Positions 20,333-30,997 are shown, counted from the stretch's first letter. The stretch is DNA of 56,725 nt from Ignavibacteria bacterium (GCA_003251275.1 QKGJ01000404.1:1-56725); one strand, 5' to 3'. Notes: generated by a model from the letters alone, not told the origin. Numbers and translations are program-made.

Positions 20333-20416
20333 TATTTATTTGACGAACGAACCTATTCCAAATCCAGCCCGCCGATTACTGATCGACCCTTAGGCCATTT
20401 CCACCTCTCACTTTCA

Positions 20417-20445
20417 TTGATTCTCAACGCCATTCTTCGTAACTT
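20417..20445 (+). promoter_or_regulatory. Putative sigma70 promoter of glgA operon
   Basis: TTGATT-N17-TAACTT. Confidence 0.5.
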
Positions 20446-20493
20446 TGAACGCGTTTTTTCAACTCCATCCTGTTTGTATCACCCCGGATTGGC

Positions 20494-21978
20494 ATGGCAA
20501 AGCAGTTACAGGTATTGTTTTTATCTAGTGAAGTAGAGCCTTTTGCCAAAACCGGCGGTCTCGCAGATGTTGCCGGTGCACTTCCCAAATTTATCAAAGG
20601 TCTTGACCACGAAATCCGTGTGATGATGCCACGCTACGGCAGCATCAATGACCGGACCGCGCGATTGCATGACATGTCCCGGCTGAGCGACATCCGGATT
20701 CCCGTCGGGACGCAAGAACACAAGGGAAGCGTGCAGTCTTCGTTTCTTTCCAATGGCCACGGGAAAGTCCAGGTCTACTTTCTGAGCAACCCCGATTTCT
20801 TCGGACGCAAAGGGATATACGTGCACCCGGAAACCGGGAAAGAATTTTCCGATAACGACGACCGTTTTATCTTCTTTTGTCGGGGAGTATTGGAGACTCT
20901 CAAAGCCCTTGCCTGGCAGCCCGATGTTATTCATTGCAATGACTGGCATACGGGACTTGTCCCCGCGTACCTGAAGACGATTTATAAAGACGATCCGTTC
21001 TACAAAGGCACTAAAACACTCTTCACCATCCACAACATGGCGTACCAGGGAGTATTCCCGAAGCAGAGCTTTGTAAAGACCCTGTTGCCGGAGGAATTCA
21101 GCAACGATAAAGGAATAGCGCAAAACGGATCGATCAATATGTTGAAAGCCGGACTCCTCTTCGCCGATGGCATCAATACCGTCAGTGAAACATATGCGGA
21201 GGAAATTGCCTCTTCGCCTGAGTTCGGATTTGGTCTTGAGGACTTGATAAAGAAGCGGAAGGCTGACGTCGGGGGAATTTTGAACGGCGCAGACTATCAT
21301 CTCTGGAACCCCGAAGTTGATCCATACATACCGCACAAGTATGACAGCAGCACCATTGAGGTGAAGAAACAGAACACTGCGGCATTGCGGAAACACATGG
21401 GACTTTCCGAGATGGAAAATACTCCGGTCATCGGAATCGTCTCGCGTCTCGCAGAACAGAAAGGGATTGACCTCCTCTGTGAGGCCATGGACGACATTAT
21501 GGCGCTCGGCATCCAGATGGTCGTACTAGGCGTGGGGCCGAAGGAATTCTCAAAACCGTTGGAAAGTGCTGCACGCAAGTATAAGGGACGAATTGCCGTC
21601 GACGGTTCATTCAACGAGCCGCTGGCTCACCTCATCGAGGCGGGAAGCGATATGTTCTTGATGCCGTCCCGGTACGAGCCTTGTGGACTCAACCAGATGT
21701 ACAGCATGCGCTACGGGACGGTCCCGATTGCGCGGGCAACGGGAGGACTGGAAGACACCATTGAAGAATTTTCCCCCGAAAAGAAGACCGGAACGGGTTT
21801 CAAGTTCATTGCGTTTGAGAAACGTGAGCTGATAAAAGCGATACAACGGGCAGTCAAGACTTACGCCGACCCCGATGCATGGCGGGCGCTTATGCTGAAT
21901 GGCATGGGAAAGGATTTTTCCTGGGAGGAGTCGGCAAAGAAATACGTTCAGCTGTACCGAACACTGGAGCGGCGGTGA
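20494..21978 (+). CDS. glgA: Glycogen synthase (GT5)
   Basis: KTGGLADV, HCNDWHT, TIHNMAYQG, SRLAEQKG, PSRYEPCGLNQMYSMRYG. Confidence 0.95.
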   Translation: MAKQLQVLFLSSEVEPFAKTGGLADVAGALPKFIKGLDHEIRVMMPRYGSINDRTARLHDMSRLSDIRIPVGTQEHKGSVQSSFLSNGHGKVQVYFLSNPDFFGRKGIYVHPETGKEFSDNDDRFIFFCRGVLETLKALAWQPDVIHCNDWHTGLVPAYLKTIYKDDPFYKGTKTLFTIHNMAYQGVFPKQSFVKTLLPEEFSNDKGIAQNGSINMLKAGLLFADGINTVSETYAEEIASSPEFGFGLEDLIKKRKADVGGILNGADYHLWNPEVDPYIPHKYDSSTIEVKKQNTAALRKHMGLSEMENTPVIGIVSRLAEQKGIDLLCEAMDDIMALGIQMVVLGVGPKEFSKPLESAARKYKGRIAVDGSFNEPLAHLIEAGSDMFLMPSRYEPCGLNQMYSMRYGTVPIARATGGLEDTIEEFSPEKKTGTGFKFIAFEKRELIKAIQRAVKTYADPDAWRALMLNGMGKDFSWEESAKKYVQLYRTLERR

Positions 21979-22565
21979 CGCGGAGAGGAGTGTTCCTTGA
22001 CCGCGACGGAACCATCAATGAAGAGGTGGATTTTCTTCGAACACCGGAAGAGCTTGTTCTCATTCCGGGTGCGGCCTCCGGGATCCGGAAGCTGAACGAC
22101 CGGGGAATTGTCACCTGCGTCATCTCAAACCAATCAGGTGTGGCGCGGGGATTCCTGCAGGAAAACGATCTCCTCCCAATCCATACAAAATTGCAGCAGT
22201 TGCTGCAGGACGAAGGGGGAGCGACTGTCAATCGTATTTATTATTGCCCACACCATCCCACCGCAGGAATCGCACCCTATAACATTGTCTGCGACTGCCG
22301 CAAGCCGGGAGCGGGAATGTTGCGACGCGGTGAACGGGAACTGGACGTTGTTCTTGACCAATCGTTTGTTGTGGGAGATAGGATTGTCGATATTCAGGCG
22401 GGCAAGTCGGTGGGAGCAACAACATTGCTGGTGCTGACCGGATACGGCCGACAGTCGGTAGAAGAGTGCCGCGCAGCCAATGTTGAACCTGATCATATTG
22501 TTCCATCGCTTCCCCAGGCTGTTGATCGTATTCTCGAAGTAGTTGATAAAGGAGAAACAATTTAG
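21975..22565 (+). CDS. gmhB: D,D-heptose 1,7-bisphosphate phosphatase (HAD IIIA)
   Basis: FLDRDGTIN, SNQSGVARG, CPHHP..CDCRKP, VGDR..D. GTG start overlaps the glgA stop (GTGA). Confidence 0.88.
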   Translation: MTRRGVFLDRDGTINEEVDFLRTPEELVLIPGAASGIRKLNDRGIVTCVISNQSGVARGFLQENDLLPIHTKLQQLLQDEGGATVNRIYYCPHHPTAGIAPYNIVCDCRKPGAGMLRRGERELDVVLDQSFVVGDRIVDIQAGKSVGATTLLVLTGYGRQSVEECRAANVEPDHIVPSLPQAVDRILEVVDKGETI

Positions 22566-22567
22566 GA

Positions 22568-23758
22568 ATGAGTCAAAACCAATTTTTCAAGAAATCGTCG
22601 GTCGCCGGCGCATGTTTTGCATTCGTGATTACTCTTGTGATTGCATCGGGATGCACGGAGGATCCCACCGCAGAATCGCTCCTTGGTTCGCAGCTCATTA
22701 CCACAAGGGTTGCACTTGCAGAGACAACGATTACCGCGGCGGGAACGCTGACCAAAAAGCGCCCCATCCCGATGAACAGCGCGACAAACCTCGTCGGCAA
22801 GTTTGGCGGCTATCTTGCATATTCTCCCATCCGTTTTGCGCCCGTGGTCAATGATACGGTCGATGTGGTTGCCGCAGGTGTGCGGTTGAAGCTTACGTCG
22901 CGGTTTGGTAATCTCTCCGGACCGTTCAATCTGAATGTCCACAAGATTCTCAAGGACTGGCGTGAAGATACGCTGACATGGAGAGGCGTAACATCTGATT
23001 TCTATGCCCCGGTCTCCATTGGCTCCCTGACCGTGACTGCTGCTGCCGACACCGAAGAAGTGTATGTGACAATCACCGACACGACCCTGATCAGAAACTG
23101 GTTACAGGGAACAGGAGATCCAAACTACGGACTGCTCCTTTTTCCGGATCCGTCGTGCGATGTTGTGCGTGGATTTGAGGCCCTGAACTTCTTTCCCGAC
23201 TCCGCCACCATCCCTCCAACCCTCCAGATTGAAACGCGAGGTCCCTCCGGAGCGATGGACACGCTGAAGTATGCGCCCATTTGGGACACGTTCGTAGGGA
23301 ACATCGATGGATTTGATGCAGACTCCACCCGGGTCACGGTCCAGGCAGGAGTAGTTTACACGGGCATCTTCAAGTTTGATGTTTCATTTCTGCCCCAGGG
23401 CAGCATTATCACGTCGGCTAACATGCTCCTCCATCTCGACGATGCAGCAACTCTCCTGGGAAGTCCGTCAACGGAAAAGGTCGTCGCATCCCGGGTGATC
23501 CTCTCTCCGTCCGATACATTGCTCTTGGAGTCAACCTTTACTCGAGGAGAAGTGAGAGGGAGCGATCCAAACGAGTTTTCCTTCGACGCCCGACATGCAA
23601 CACAGTTCTGGGCAACCGGTACGAATTATGGGGTCGGCGTTACCGCCCTCCCCGCCAAGGAGTTCAGCAGCTTTGACCGGTTTGTCTTCTTTAACAACAT
23701 TGCGCCCGATGCGATGAAACCAAAACTGAAAATCGTTTATGGAGTTGTACAGAATTAG
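22568..23758 (+). CDS. Uncharacterised lipoprotein (possibly DUF4270-like)
   Basis: Lipobox IASGC; beta-rich; repeated NYG(L/V)xL motifs and C-terminal KPKLKIVY. Confidence 0.6.
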   Translation: MSQNQFFKKSSVAGACFAFVITLVIASGCTEDPTAESLLGSQLITTRVALAETTITAAGTLTKKRPIPMNSATNLVGKFGGYLAYSPIRFAPVVNDTVDVVAAGVRLKLTSRFGNLSGPFNLNVHKILKDWREDTLTWRGVTSDFYAPVSIGSLTVTAAADTEEVYVTITDTTLIRNWLQGTGDPNYGLLLFPDPSCDVVRGFEALNFFPDSATIPPTLQIETRGPSGAMDTLKYAPIWDTFVGNIDGFDADSTRVTVQAGVVYTGIFKFDVSFLPQGSIITSANMLLHLDDAATLLGSPSTEKVVASRVILSPSDTLLLESTFTRGEVRGSDPNEFSFDARHATQFWATGTNYGVGVTALPAKEFSSFDRFVFFNNIAPDAMKPKLKIVYGVVQN

Positions 23759-23767
23759 GAGTATGGT

Positions 23768-25009
23768 GTGAGATATCTGCTTGTCGCGATCCTGATTTTT
23801 CTTTTTCCCTTCCCGGCTGCGTCGCAGGAAGGACCATCCGTCTATTCCCTTATTGGGGTTGGGGATACTCAACGTGGTTTGGGGGTCCGATCAGCAGGCA
23901 TGGGATATACGGGTATCGGTTTCCAAACAGGTAATTCCATTCCTTCGCTTGTTCCTGCTGCCTGGGCGAAAATAACACGGACGCAGATTGAAGGCTCCTA
24001 TCTCTTCGAGCTTTTTGGTTCGAAGGATGTTTCATTGTACACTGCCCGCAGCCGAGATCAGTTTAACGGCGGCGCGCTTTCGTTTCCTCTCTCTCCCGAA
24101 AGGGGACTCACGCTCGCCCTCGGGTTCGTTCCCTATAGCAATGTCGGGTACGACATCACGACAAACGATTCGCAGCTCGGGATCGACTACAAAGTCCGAA
24201 GTACCGGCGACGGCGGTCTCACAACAGGATTCGCAGGTGCGTCCTTCAAACCAGCTGATGAACTTGCGATCGGCTTTGCATTCAATTTGTATTTCGGATC
24301 AATCAACGAGGGAAGAAGTTTTTCTCCGCTGAACGACACGCTTGGATCGGGCTCGGTGAGCAGGGAAATTACCATGCGGGGCCCGGGGGTTACCATCGGC
24401 GCGATGCTTACCTCTCTCGGCGTGGTTCACGAATCTCTTACGCCTTTCTCTGTTGGATTCACCCTTTCCACCCGCTCCAAACTCAGCACGACAGACCGCA
24501 CAACGTTTGATTTTGTCCAGGAGCGGGATACCACGGTCGAAGTGGAGGGTGCGATTTCTCTTCCCTTCTCGTTCGGTGCCGGCATCGGGTATAAGCCAGG
24601 CGAACGTTACCAACTTGCCATGGACTACACGGCACAGTTGTGGAGTGGCGCCGATCTTCCCGGACTGCGCCAGAAGGAATTGCGTGACAGCTACCGTTTC
24701 AGCGTTGGCGCCGAACGCACGGGGAAACGTGATGTCTTTGCCTCGTGGTTTGACAACCTCACCTACAGGCTTGGAGCGTACTACGAAGCCACAAATTACT
24801 TTACCAACGGACTGGGCATCGATCAATGGGGAATTACCGGCGGACTCGGGATTAACCTCGGCAATGAGAACAGAATCGATGTCGCCCTCGAGTATGCCCA
24901 GCGAGGGACACTCCGGAATAACCTTGTCAAGGATAACATCCTTCGCCTTTCCGTTGCCGTGAACATTGGCGAGTTGTGGTTTGTACGCTATGACCCGGAA
25001 GACGAGTAG
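23768..25009 (+). CDS. Outer-membrane beta-barrel protein (FadL/OmpP1-like)
   Basis: Signal peptide; SVYSLIGVG..SAGMG..G; alternating amphipathic strands; C-terminal GELWF. Confidence 0.7.
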   Translation: MRYLLVAILIFLFPFPAASQEGPSVYSLIGVGDTQRGLGVRSAGMGYTGIGFQTGNSIPSLVPAAWAKITRTQIEGSYLFELFGSKDVSLYTARSRDQFNGGALSFPLSPERGLTLALGFVPYSNVGYDITTNDSQLGIDYKVRSTGDGGLTTGFAGASFKPADELAIGFAFNLYFGSINEGRSFSPLNDTLGSGSVSREITMRGPGVTIGAMLTSLGVVHESLTPFSVGFTLSTRSKLSTTDRTTFDFVQERDTTVEVEGAISLPFSFGAGIGYKPGERYQLAMDYTAQLWSGADLPGLRQKELRDSYRFSVGAERTGKRDVFASWFDNLTYRLGAYYEATNYFTNGLGIDQWGITGGLGINLGNENRIDVALEYAQRGTLRNNLVKDNILRLSVAVNIGELWFVRYDPEDE

Positions 25010-25039
25010 GCTCACTTTCTGATTCGCGGAAATTACCTC

Positions 25040-26338
25040 ATGCAACACTTACAACAATACGATCCTGAAACCTTCCAGGCGGTAAGAAACGAGATCAGGC
25101 GTCAGCATTCCAAATTGGAACTTATCGCTTCGGAGAACTTTGTCAGTCGCGCTGTGCTTGATGCCGTTGGAACCCCCCTCACCAACAAGTACGCAGAGGG
25201 ATATCCGGGCAAGCGGTATTACGGAGGCTGCGAGTACGTTGACGTTGTTGAGGACCTGGCGCGCGATCGTGCAAAGCAACTCTTCGGCGCCGCATACGCC
25301 AACGTGCAACCCCACTCGGGTTCACAGGCGAACATGGCGGTGTATTTCACTTTGGTGAAGCCCGGGGACAAGATCGTCGGAATGAATCTGTCGCACGGCG
25401 GTCATCTCACACACGGATCGCCTGTAAATTTTTCGGGACAGCTGTATGACTTTACCCCGTACGGCGTCAAACGGGAGACAGGCATTATCGACTACGACGA
25501 AGTCGAGCGAGTGGTAATCAAAGAAAAACCGAAGATGATCACTGTTGGGGCGAGTGCGTACTCACGCAACATCGATTATGCAGCGTTTCGTGCTATTGCG
25601 GACAAAGTTGGCGCGCTTCTCTTTGCCGACATCGCACACCCGGCGGGTCTCATCGCGAAGAAACTTCTCAACGATCCTCTTCCCCATTGTCACGTTGTTA
25701 CTTCCACCACACACAAAACACTGCGAGGTCCCCGCGGCGGTCTTATTCTGATGGGGAAAGACTTCGAGAACCCCTTCGGCATCGTTGCCCCAAAATCGGG
25801 CCGAACAAAAATGATGTCGGAGCTGTTGGATTCGATGGTCATCCCGGGCATTCAAGGCGGTCCGCTGATGCATGTGATCGCCGGGAAGGCAGTTGCGTTC
25901 AAAGAAGCTCTGCAGCCTGACTTTGAAACATATGGCAAGCAGGTAATTGCAAACGCACAGGCGCTCGCACAAACATTGCAGTCGCTGGGCTATAACGTGA
26001 TCTCCGGCGGTACAGACAACCATCTCATGCTTGTGGATCTGCGCAACAGAAACATGACCGGGAAGGACGCCCAGGAGGCATTAGACGAAGCGGGTATTAC
26101 GGTAAATAAGAACGGCGTACCGTTCGACGACAAGTCGCCGCTCATCACCAGTGGGATCCGGATCGGAACTCCGGCATTGACTACCCGTGGCATGAAGCAG
26201 GACGAAATGAAATGCATTGGGGGGCTAATTCATCGAGTACTATCGAATACGGGAAACGAAGCAGAATACCGCAAGGTTTCTGCTGACGTTGAAGAGCTTG
26301 GCAATAAGTTTCCTCTCTATCCAGAACTTCAGGGATAG
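25040..26338 (+). CDS. glyA: Serine hydroxymethyltransferase
   Basis: [42 protein letters not shown]. Confidence 0.98.
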   Translation: MQHLQQYDPETFQAVRNEIRRQHSKLELIASENFVSRAVLDAVGTPLTNKYAEGYPGKRYYGGCEYVDVVEDLARDRAKQLFGAAYANVQPHSGSQANMAVYFTLVKPGDKIVGMNLSHGGHLTHGSPVNFSGQLYDFTPYGVKRETGIIDYDEVERVVIKEKPKMITVGASAYSRNIDYAAFRAIADKVGALLFADIAHPAGLIAKKLLNDPLPHCHVVTSTTHKTLRGPRGGLILMGKDFENPFGIVAPKSGRTKMMSELLDSMVIPGIQGGPLMHVIAGKAVAFKEALQPDFETYGKQVIANAQALAQTLQSLGYNVISGGTDNHLMLVDLRNRNMTGKDAQEALDEAGITVNKNGVPFDDKSPLITSGIRIGTPALTTRGMKQDEMKCIGGLIHRVLSNTGNEAEYRKVSADVEELGNKFPLYPELQG

Positions 26339-26359
26339 GCGCAAGGAAGTGCCCATACC

Positions 26360-27190
26360 ATGGCAGCCGACAAACAACGTTCGATCGCTGACGACCCTGA
26401 AACAGAAGAAAAGCCTGACGCCGGCGGCGGGCCCGAGATGCCGTTTCTTGGTCATCTCGAAGAACTTCGCTGGCGTATCATTTGGATGGTTCTCGGCATT
26501 GTTGCAGGCGCAATCGCCTGCGGCATTACGATCGATTGGCTGATCAACGAAATTCTCCTCCTGCCCATTATCGACGTGAATCACAATCTCCAACCCGGTC
26601 AGCAGCCAATTCATTTGCAGAACCTCAAACCATTCGGTCAGGTATTTCTCTACATGCAGGTGGCCCTGGTGGGTGGTGTGATTCTCAGCCTCCCCAACGT
26701 GTTCTGGCAGTTGTGGCGGTTCATTTCACCCGGTCTTCTTCCAAAGGAACGGAAGTACATATCCTGGATCGTGTTCTTTTCCACTTTTTGTTTTCTGGCG
26801 GGAGTGGCGTTTGCGTATTTCGTGATGCTGCCGGCGGCGCTGACGTTTTTCGCCGGTTTTGGAACAAGCGAGATCGAAAACAATATCGCTATCAATGAAT
26901 ACATGAGTTTCGTGATCAGCATGATTCTTGGTGCCGGGATTGTGTTTGAGTTGCCGATGGTCTCGTGGTTCCTTTCGAAGCTCGGAATCCTGACACCGGC
27001 GTTTATGCGACACTATCGGCGTCATGCGATTGTCGTGATTCTGTTCCTTGCCGCAATCCTGACTCCCGGGACCGATCCTGTGAGCCAGATTCTTCTCGCC
27101 ATCCCACTATTACTCCTGTACGAACTGAGTATCGGGATCTCGGCGATTGCCTGGAGGAAGAAGAAATCTTCTGAAGAGGAAAGGTCCTAA
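26360..27190 (+). CDS. tatC: Twin-arginine translocase subunit TatC
   Basis: MPFLGHLEELRWR, FISPGLLPKE, FELP, AAILTP..D, LYE. Confidence 0.96.
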   Translation: MAADKQRSIADDPETEEKPDAGGGPEMPFLGHLEELRWRIIWMVLGIVAGAIACGITIDWLINEILLLPIIDVNHNLQPGQQPIHLQNLKPFGQVFLYMQVALVGGVILSLPNVFWQLWRFISPGLLPKERKYISWIVFFSTFCFLAGVAFAYFVMLPAALTFFAGFGTSEIENNIAINEYMSFVISMILGAGIVFELPMVSWFLSKLGILTPAFMRHYRRHAIVVILFLAAILTPGTDPVSQILLAIPLLLLYELSIGISAIAWRKKKSSEEERS

Positions 27191-27195
27191 CACTG

Positions 27196-28167
27196 ATGGA
27201 TCTGAAAGAAATAGCCCGGCCCATTGAGCGCCATCTCGATGCGTTCGAAGAAGTCTTCAAGAAATCCATTCGTTCGCAAATCGGGCTGGTCGATCTGGTA
27301 ACGAAATACATCGTGAAACAGAAGGGAAAGCGAGTCCGGCCGGTTCTGGTGCTTCTGAGTGCGGAGTTATGCGGCGGCGTCAACGAAAAGAGCTACCGCG
27401 GCGCGGCACTGGTAGAAATACTGCACACCGCTACGCTGGTGCATGATGACGTTGTCGATGATGCGGATACGAGAAGGGGAATCGCATCCATTAATGCAGT
27501 CTGGAAGAATAAGATCGCAGTGCTGATGGGAGATTATCTTCTCGCGAAAGGTCTCCTTCTCTCGCTCGATCACGATGACTTTCCGTTCTTGAAAATCACG
27601 TCAACGTCAGTCAAGCGGATGAGTGAAGGTGAGATCCATCAAATCCAGAAAAGTCGCCAGCTGGATATGAATGAGGAAACGTACCTGAAGATCATCGGCG
27701 ATAAGACCGCGTCGCTGCTCTCCACCTGCTGTGAAATCGGCGCGGCGAGTAGTTCCACAAATGAGGCCCATCATATAGCGCTTGCGCAATACGGCGAGTT
27801 GGTGGGACTGGCATTCCAAATCCGGGATGATTTGCTTGACTATGTGGGACGAAAGAGCATCACTGGAAAGCCGACTGGATTGGACCTCAGCGAAAAGAAA
27901 CTGACTCTTCCTCTCATTCATGCCCTATCGCACGCGCCGCGTCGAGAGTCGAATACAATTCTTGCGATGGTAAAGAACGGCGGGAAGAAAATGCGGGTGA
28001 AGGATGTAGTGGACTTTGTGGAATCAAATGGCGGGATAGAGTATTCCAAAGATCGCGCGGAACAATTCAGCGCAGAAGCGAAAAAGTCCATTTGCACCTT
28101 CGCCGATACACCCAGCAAACAATCCCTCCTCGCATTCGCCGATTACGTGATCACACGGAACAAGTAA
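27196..28167 (+). CDS. Long-chain polyprenyl diphosphate synthase (IspB/HepT-like)
   Basis: GKRVRP, HDDVVD..RRG (FARM), KTASL, FQIRDDLLD (SARM). Confidence 0.93.
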   Translation: MDLKEIARPIERHLDAFEEVFKKSIRSQIGLVDLVTKYIVKQKGKRVRPVLVLLSAELCGGVNEKSYRGAALVEILHTATLVHDDVVDDADTRRGIASINAVWKNKIAVLMGDYLLAKGLLLSLDHDDFPFLKITSTSVKRMSEGEIHQIQKSRQLDMNEETYLKIIGDKTASLLSTCCEIGAASSSTNEAHHIALAQYGELVGLAFQIRDDLLDYVGRKSITGKPTGLDLSEKKLTLPLIHALSHAPRRESNTILAMVKNGGKKMRVKDVVDFVESNGGIEYSKDRAEQFSAEAKKSICTFADTPSKQSLLAFADYVITRNK

Positions 28168-28228
28168 TCGTTCGCTCCTCTTCCCTCGCTTCCTTCAAAA
28201 CCTTCAGCGCAAATAGTTCCCGGCGATA

Positions 28229-28351
28229 GGACAATCGTCCTCGATTGTCCGATGAGCCGATCCGTTTGAGCTAGGCAGTTGCGTTTGGTTAAAGACCCGG
28301 GGATATGGTGTTCGCTTTTTGTTGCCTCGCGCTGAAGCCCGAGGCGAGCAA
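28229..28351. repeat. REP-like palindromes in convergent intergenic region
   Basis: Hairpins GGACAATCG-TCCT-CGATTGTCC (28229-28250) and GCCTCG-CGCTGAAGCC-CGAGGC (about 28324-28345). Confidence 0.5.
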
Positions 28352-28377
28352 CCAAATAATCCATCGGGTAAATCAGA

Positions 28378-28887
28378 CTAAGCCAACACTTCCGGTCGCA
28401 GCGTCATGACGGGACATTTGGCATTGCGGACGATTCTCTCCGCGGTGCTGCCAAAGAGCATATGCTCAACGCCGGTATGCCCGTGCGTCGGGACAATGAT
28501 CAGATCGATCTTGCGCTTCTCTGCTTCCAGGAGAATCTCCTGGTGAGGTTTTCCTCTACGCACAACTGCCGTCGCATCGACCTCCCTTCCGATATGATCC
28601 TCAATAACGGACTGGAGCTTCCTCTCTCCCTCGTCCACCAACTCATCTTCCACTTCCGGCAAAACCACCTGACCGAAACCGAGATCCGCAGGATACAGCG
28701 TTGGTTCGACGACGTAGACGAGATGTAACGACGCGTCAAACTCCTTCGCCATCAACACGGCATACCGCAGGGCGTTCTTCGAGTGAATCGAAAAATCAAA
28801 AGGAAGAAGAATGTGGTTCACCGACACCTTGTGCCGCTGACGGGAGGCGGAGGGCTTTTGGATCCTGCTGGTTTTCTTTTTCGCCAT
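28378..28887 (-). CDS. Universal stress protein (UspA family)
   Basis: ILLPFDFS, G.P..EI, DLIIVPTHGHTG..FGSTAERIVR.A.CPV. Confidence 0.93.
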   Translation of the reverse strand: MAKKKTSRIQKPSASRQRHKVSVNHILLPFDFSIHSKNALRYAVLMAKEFDASLHLVYVVEPTLYPADLGFGQVVLPEVEDELVDEGERKLQSVIEDHIGREVDATAVVRRGKPHQEILLEAEKRKIDLIIVPTHGHTGVEHMLFGSTAERIVRNAKCPVMTLRPEVLA

Positions 28888-28913
28888 AGTGAATCCTCCC
28901 TGGAGTGTTCGCG

Positions 28914-29840
28914 CTAATCGTTATATACGAACGTCAGCCACTTTTGTGGGTCATTCGCATTCTTGACGACATCGAAATACATCTCCTGCAACTTCATGGT
29001 GATCGGTCCAGGCTTGCCGTTTCCTACTTTCACTTTATCCACCGAGCGAATGGGAGTGACTTCCGCCGCTGTACCGGTGAAGAAGAGTTCATCTGCAACG
29101 TAGACCATTTCCTTCGGAACAGGAGTGATCAATACCTCGTATCCCGCATCGCGCGCAAGTTTGATCACCGAAGCCCTCGTCACGCCCGGCAGCAACGACG
29201 ATGAAAACGCCGGTGTGTAGATGATATCGTCTTTCACCGCAAACAGATTCTCGCCGGTTCCTTCGCTCAGATTCCCGTTGATATCCAGCGCGATCGCTTC
29301 CTGAAATCCTTCCTGCACCGCCTCCATTTTCATGAGTTGAGAGAGAAGATAATTTCCTCCCGCCTTTGCCATTGCCGGCAGCGTGTTCGGCGCGGGGCGA
29401 TTCCAAGTCGAGATGCACACATCGATGCCGTTCTTCAGCGCCTCATCGCCAAGGTACGCACCCCATTCCCACACTGCAATCGTGACGTCGACCGGACACT
29501 TAATCGGATTCACGCCAACTTCACCATATCCCCTGTACACAATCGGCCGGATGTAACATGCTTTCATCTTGTTTGCGCGGATTGTTTGCATGATCGCGTC
29601 AACAATATCCTTCTCGGAAAAAGGGATCTGCGTGCGGTAGATTTTTGTAGAATCAAACAAACGCCTCACATGCTTGTCAAGCCGAAAGATTGCCGGACCT
29701 TGTTTCGTATCGTAACAGCGAATTCCTTCGAACCAGCTTGAGCCGTAATGAATAACGTGGGAAAGAATATGAATCTTCGCGTCGTCCCAGTTGACGAGTG
29801 AACCGTTCATCCAAATCTTTTCGACTTTCTTAACGGGCAT
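28914..29840 (-). CDS. ilvE: Branched-chain amino acid aminotransferase
   Basis: [41 protein letters not shown]. Confidence 0.96.
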   Translation of the reverse strand: MPVKKVEKIWMNGSLVNWDDAKIHILSHVIHYGSSWFEGIRCYDTKQGPAIFRLDKHVRRLFDSTKIYRTQIPFSEKDIVDAIMQTIRANKMKACYIRPIVYRGYGEVGVNPIKCPVDVTIAVWEWGAYLGDEALKNGIDVCISTWNRPAPNTLPAMAKAGGNYLLSQLMKMEAVQEGFQEAIALDINGNLSEGTGENLFAVKDDIIYTPAFSSSLLPGVTRASVIKLARDAGYEVLITPVPKEMVYVADELFFTGTAAEVTPIRSVDKVKVGNGKPGPITMKLQEMYFDVVKNANDPQKWLTFVYND

Positions 29841-29878
29841 AACCCTACCTCATTGTCAGAATTAGTAGTAAAGAGTAG

Positions 29879-30997
29879 CTAGAGCGTGTAATTGTAAATC
29901 CTGTAAGTTTTCGTTCGTTCTCCCTGCATCAACTCCGCCCCACGATTCATCATGATGTTGTCTTCCAGTACCCAGCTTGCCTCGCCATGCGGGTAGCCGT
30001 GTTTGATTGACTGAATGGCGGTTTCATAAAAAAGGGCGCCGCCGATGCCGGTATTCAGATATTCCGGCAGGACTCCCAGAATAACGATTCGTGTGAAATC
30101 AATTTTCTTCTTCTGAAAGAGGATTCGAAGAAGACCGGGAATCAGGTAGCCGTTCCTGTTGTTCTTCAACACCATATTGTAATCAGGAAGAGAGAGGGCA
30201 AACCCCACAGGCTTTCCCTTCGACTCCACGATAATGACGAGATTCGGATCGACCGCCGGCTTCAGGTCCTTCGCCATGTAGTTGAACTCCTCGGTGGTCA
30301 ACGGCACTTCACCCCAATTCCTTGACCAGCCACGAGAGTAAAGCTCGTGGATCTTTTTCACTTCGTTATCGAAGTCTTTCATGTTAATGGTGCGGAACAC
30401 AAGTTCGTTGCGTTTCTTTACCAACTCCCCCACCCGCGGGAGTTTTCCCTGCATTACTTTGTCCTTGTGGACATAGTATGCATAAAGGTCTTTCGCTTTG
30501 ACAAACCCATATCCTTCCACCAGTTTCTGGTAGTAGGCCGGATTGTATGCCATGAGTATGGCAGGTGATTTGTCGAAACCATCCACGAGAAGGCCGTACT
30601 CATCGTTCACCGACGGACTGGCCGGGCCTCGCATGGCAGTCACTTTCTGGTCTCTGAGCCATGCTGCTGCCGCATCGAATAACGATGACGCAACTTCCTG
30701 ATCGTCAATGGATTCAAAAAATCCAAAGAAGCCAATGTTCTCGTCGTGCTCTTTGTTGTGATTATCATTCACGATGGCGCCGATCCGTCCGACGATCGAG
30801 CCGCTGCGTTCTGCAAGAAACAACTCCATCCGGGCGTGCTTGTAGAACGGGTTCTTCTTCTTGTCGATGAGCTTTCGCCGATCCATCATCAACGGAGGAA
30901 CCCACACCGGGTTGTTTTTGTAGATCTTCCATTGAAAACGGAGAAAACGTCGTTCATCTTCTTTCGTTCGCACCGGACGAATCGTTGCTGCAGCCAT
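29879..30997 (-). CDS. GNAT-fold N-acyltransferase, YghO/bacterial ceramide synthase (bCerS)-like
   Basis: WVPPL..NPF, VGRI.A, GFFGFFE, RGP, GLLVDGF, YNP.YY, GF.KAKDL, NWG.VP, LPDYN, SWVLEDN: the YghO/bCerS family pattern. Start at ATG 30997 preferred. Confidence 0.8.
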   Translation of the reverse strand: MAAATIRPVRTKEDERRFLRFQWKIYKNNPVWVPPLMMDRRKLIDKKKNPFYKHARMELFLAERSGSIVGRIGAIVNDNHNKEHDENIGFFGFFESIDDQEVASSLFDAAAAWLRDQKVTAMRGPASPSVNDEYGLLVDGFDKSPAILMAYNPAYYQKLVEGYGFVKAKDLYAYYVHKDKVMQGKLPRVGELVKKRNELVFRTINMKDFDNEVKKIHELYSRGWSRNWGEVPLTTEEFNYMAKDLKPAVDPNLVIIVESKGKPVGFALSLPDYNMVLKNNRNGYLIPGLLRILFQKKKIDFTRIVILGVLPEYLNTGIGGALFYETAIQSIKHGYPHGEASWVLEDNIMMNRGAELMQGERTKTYRIYNYTL

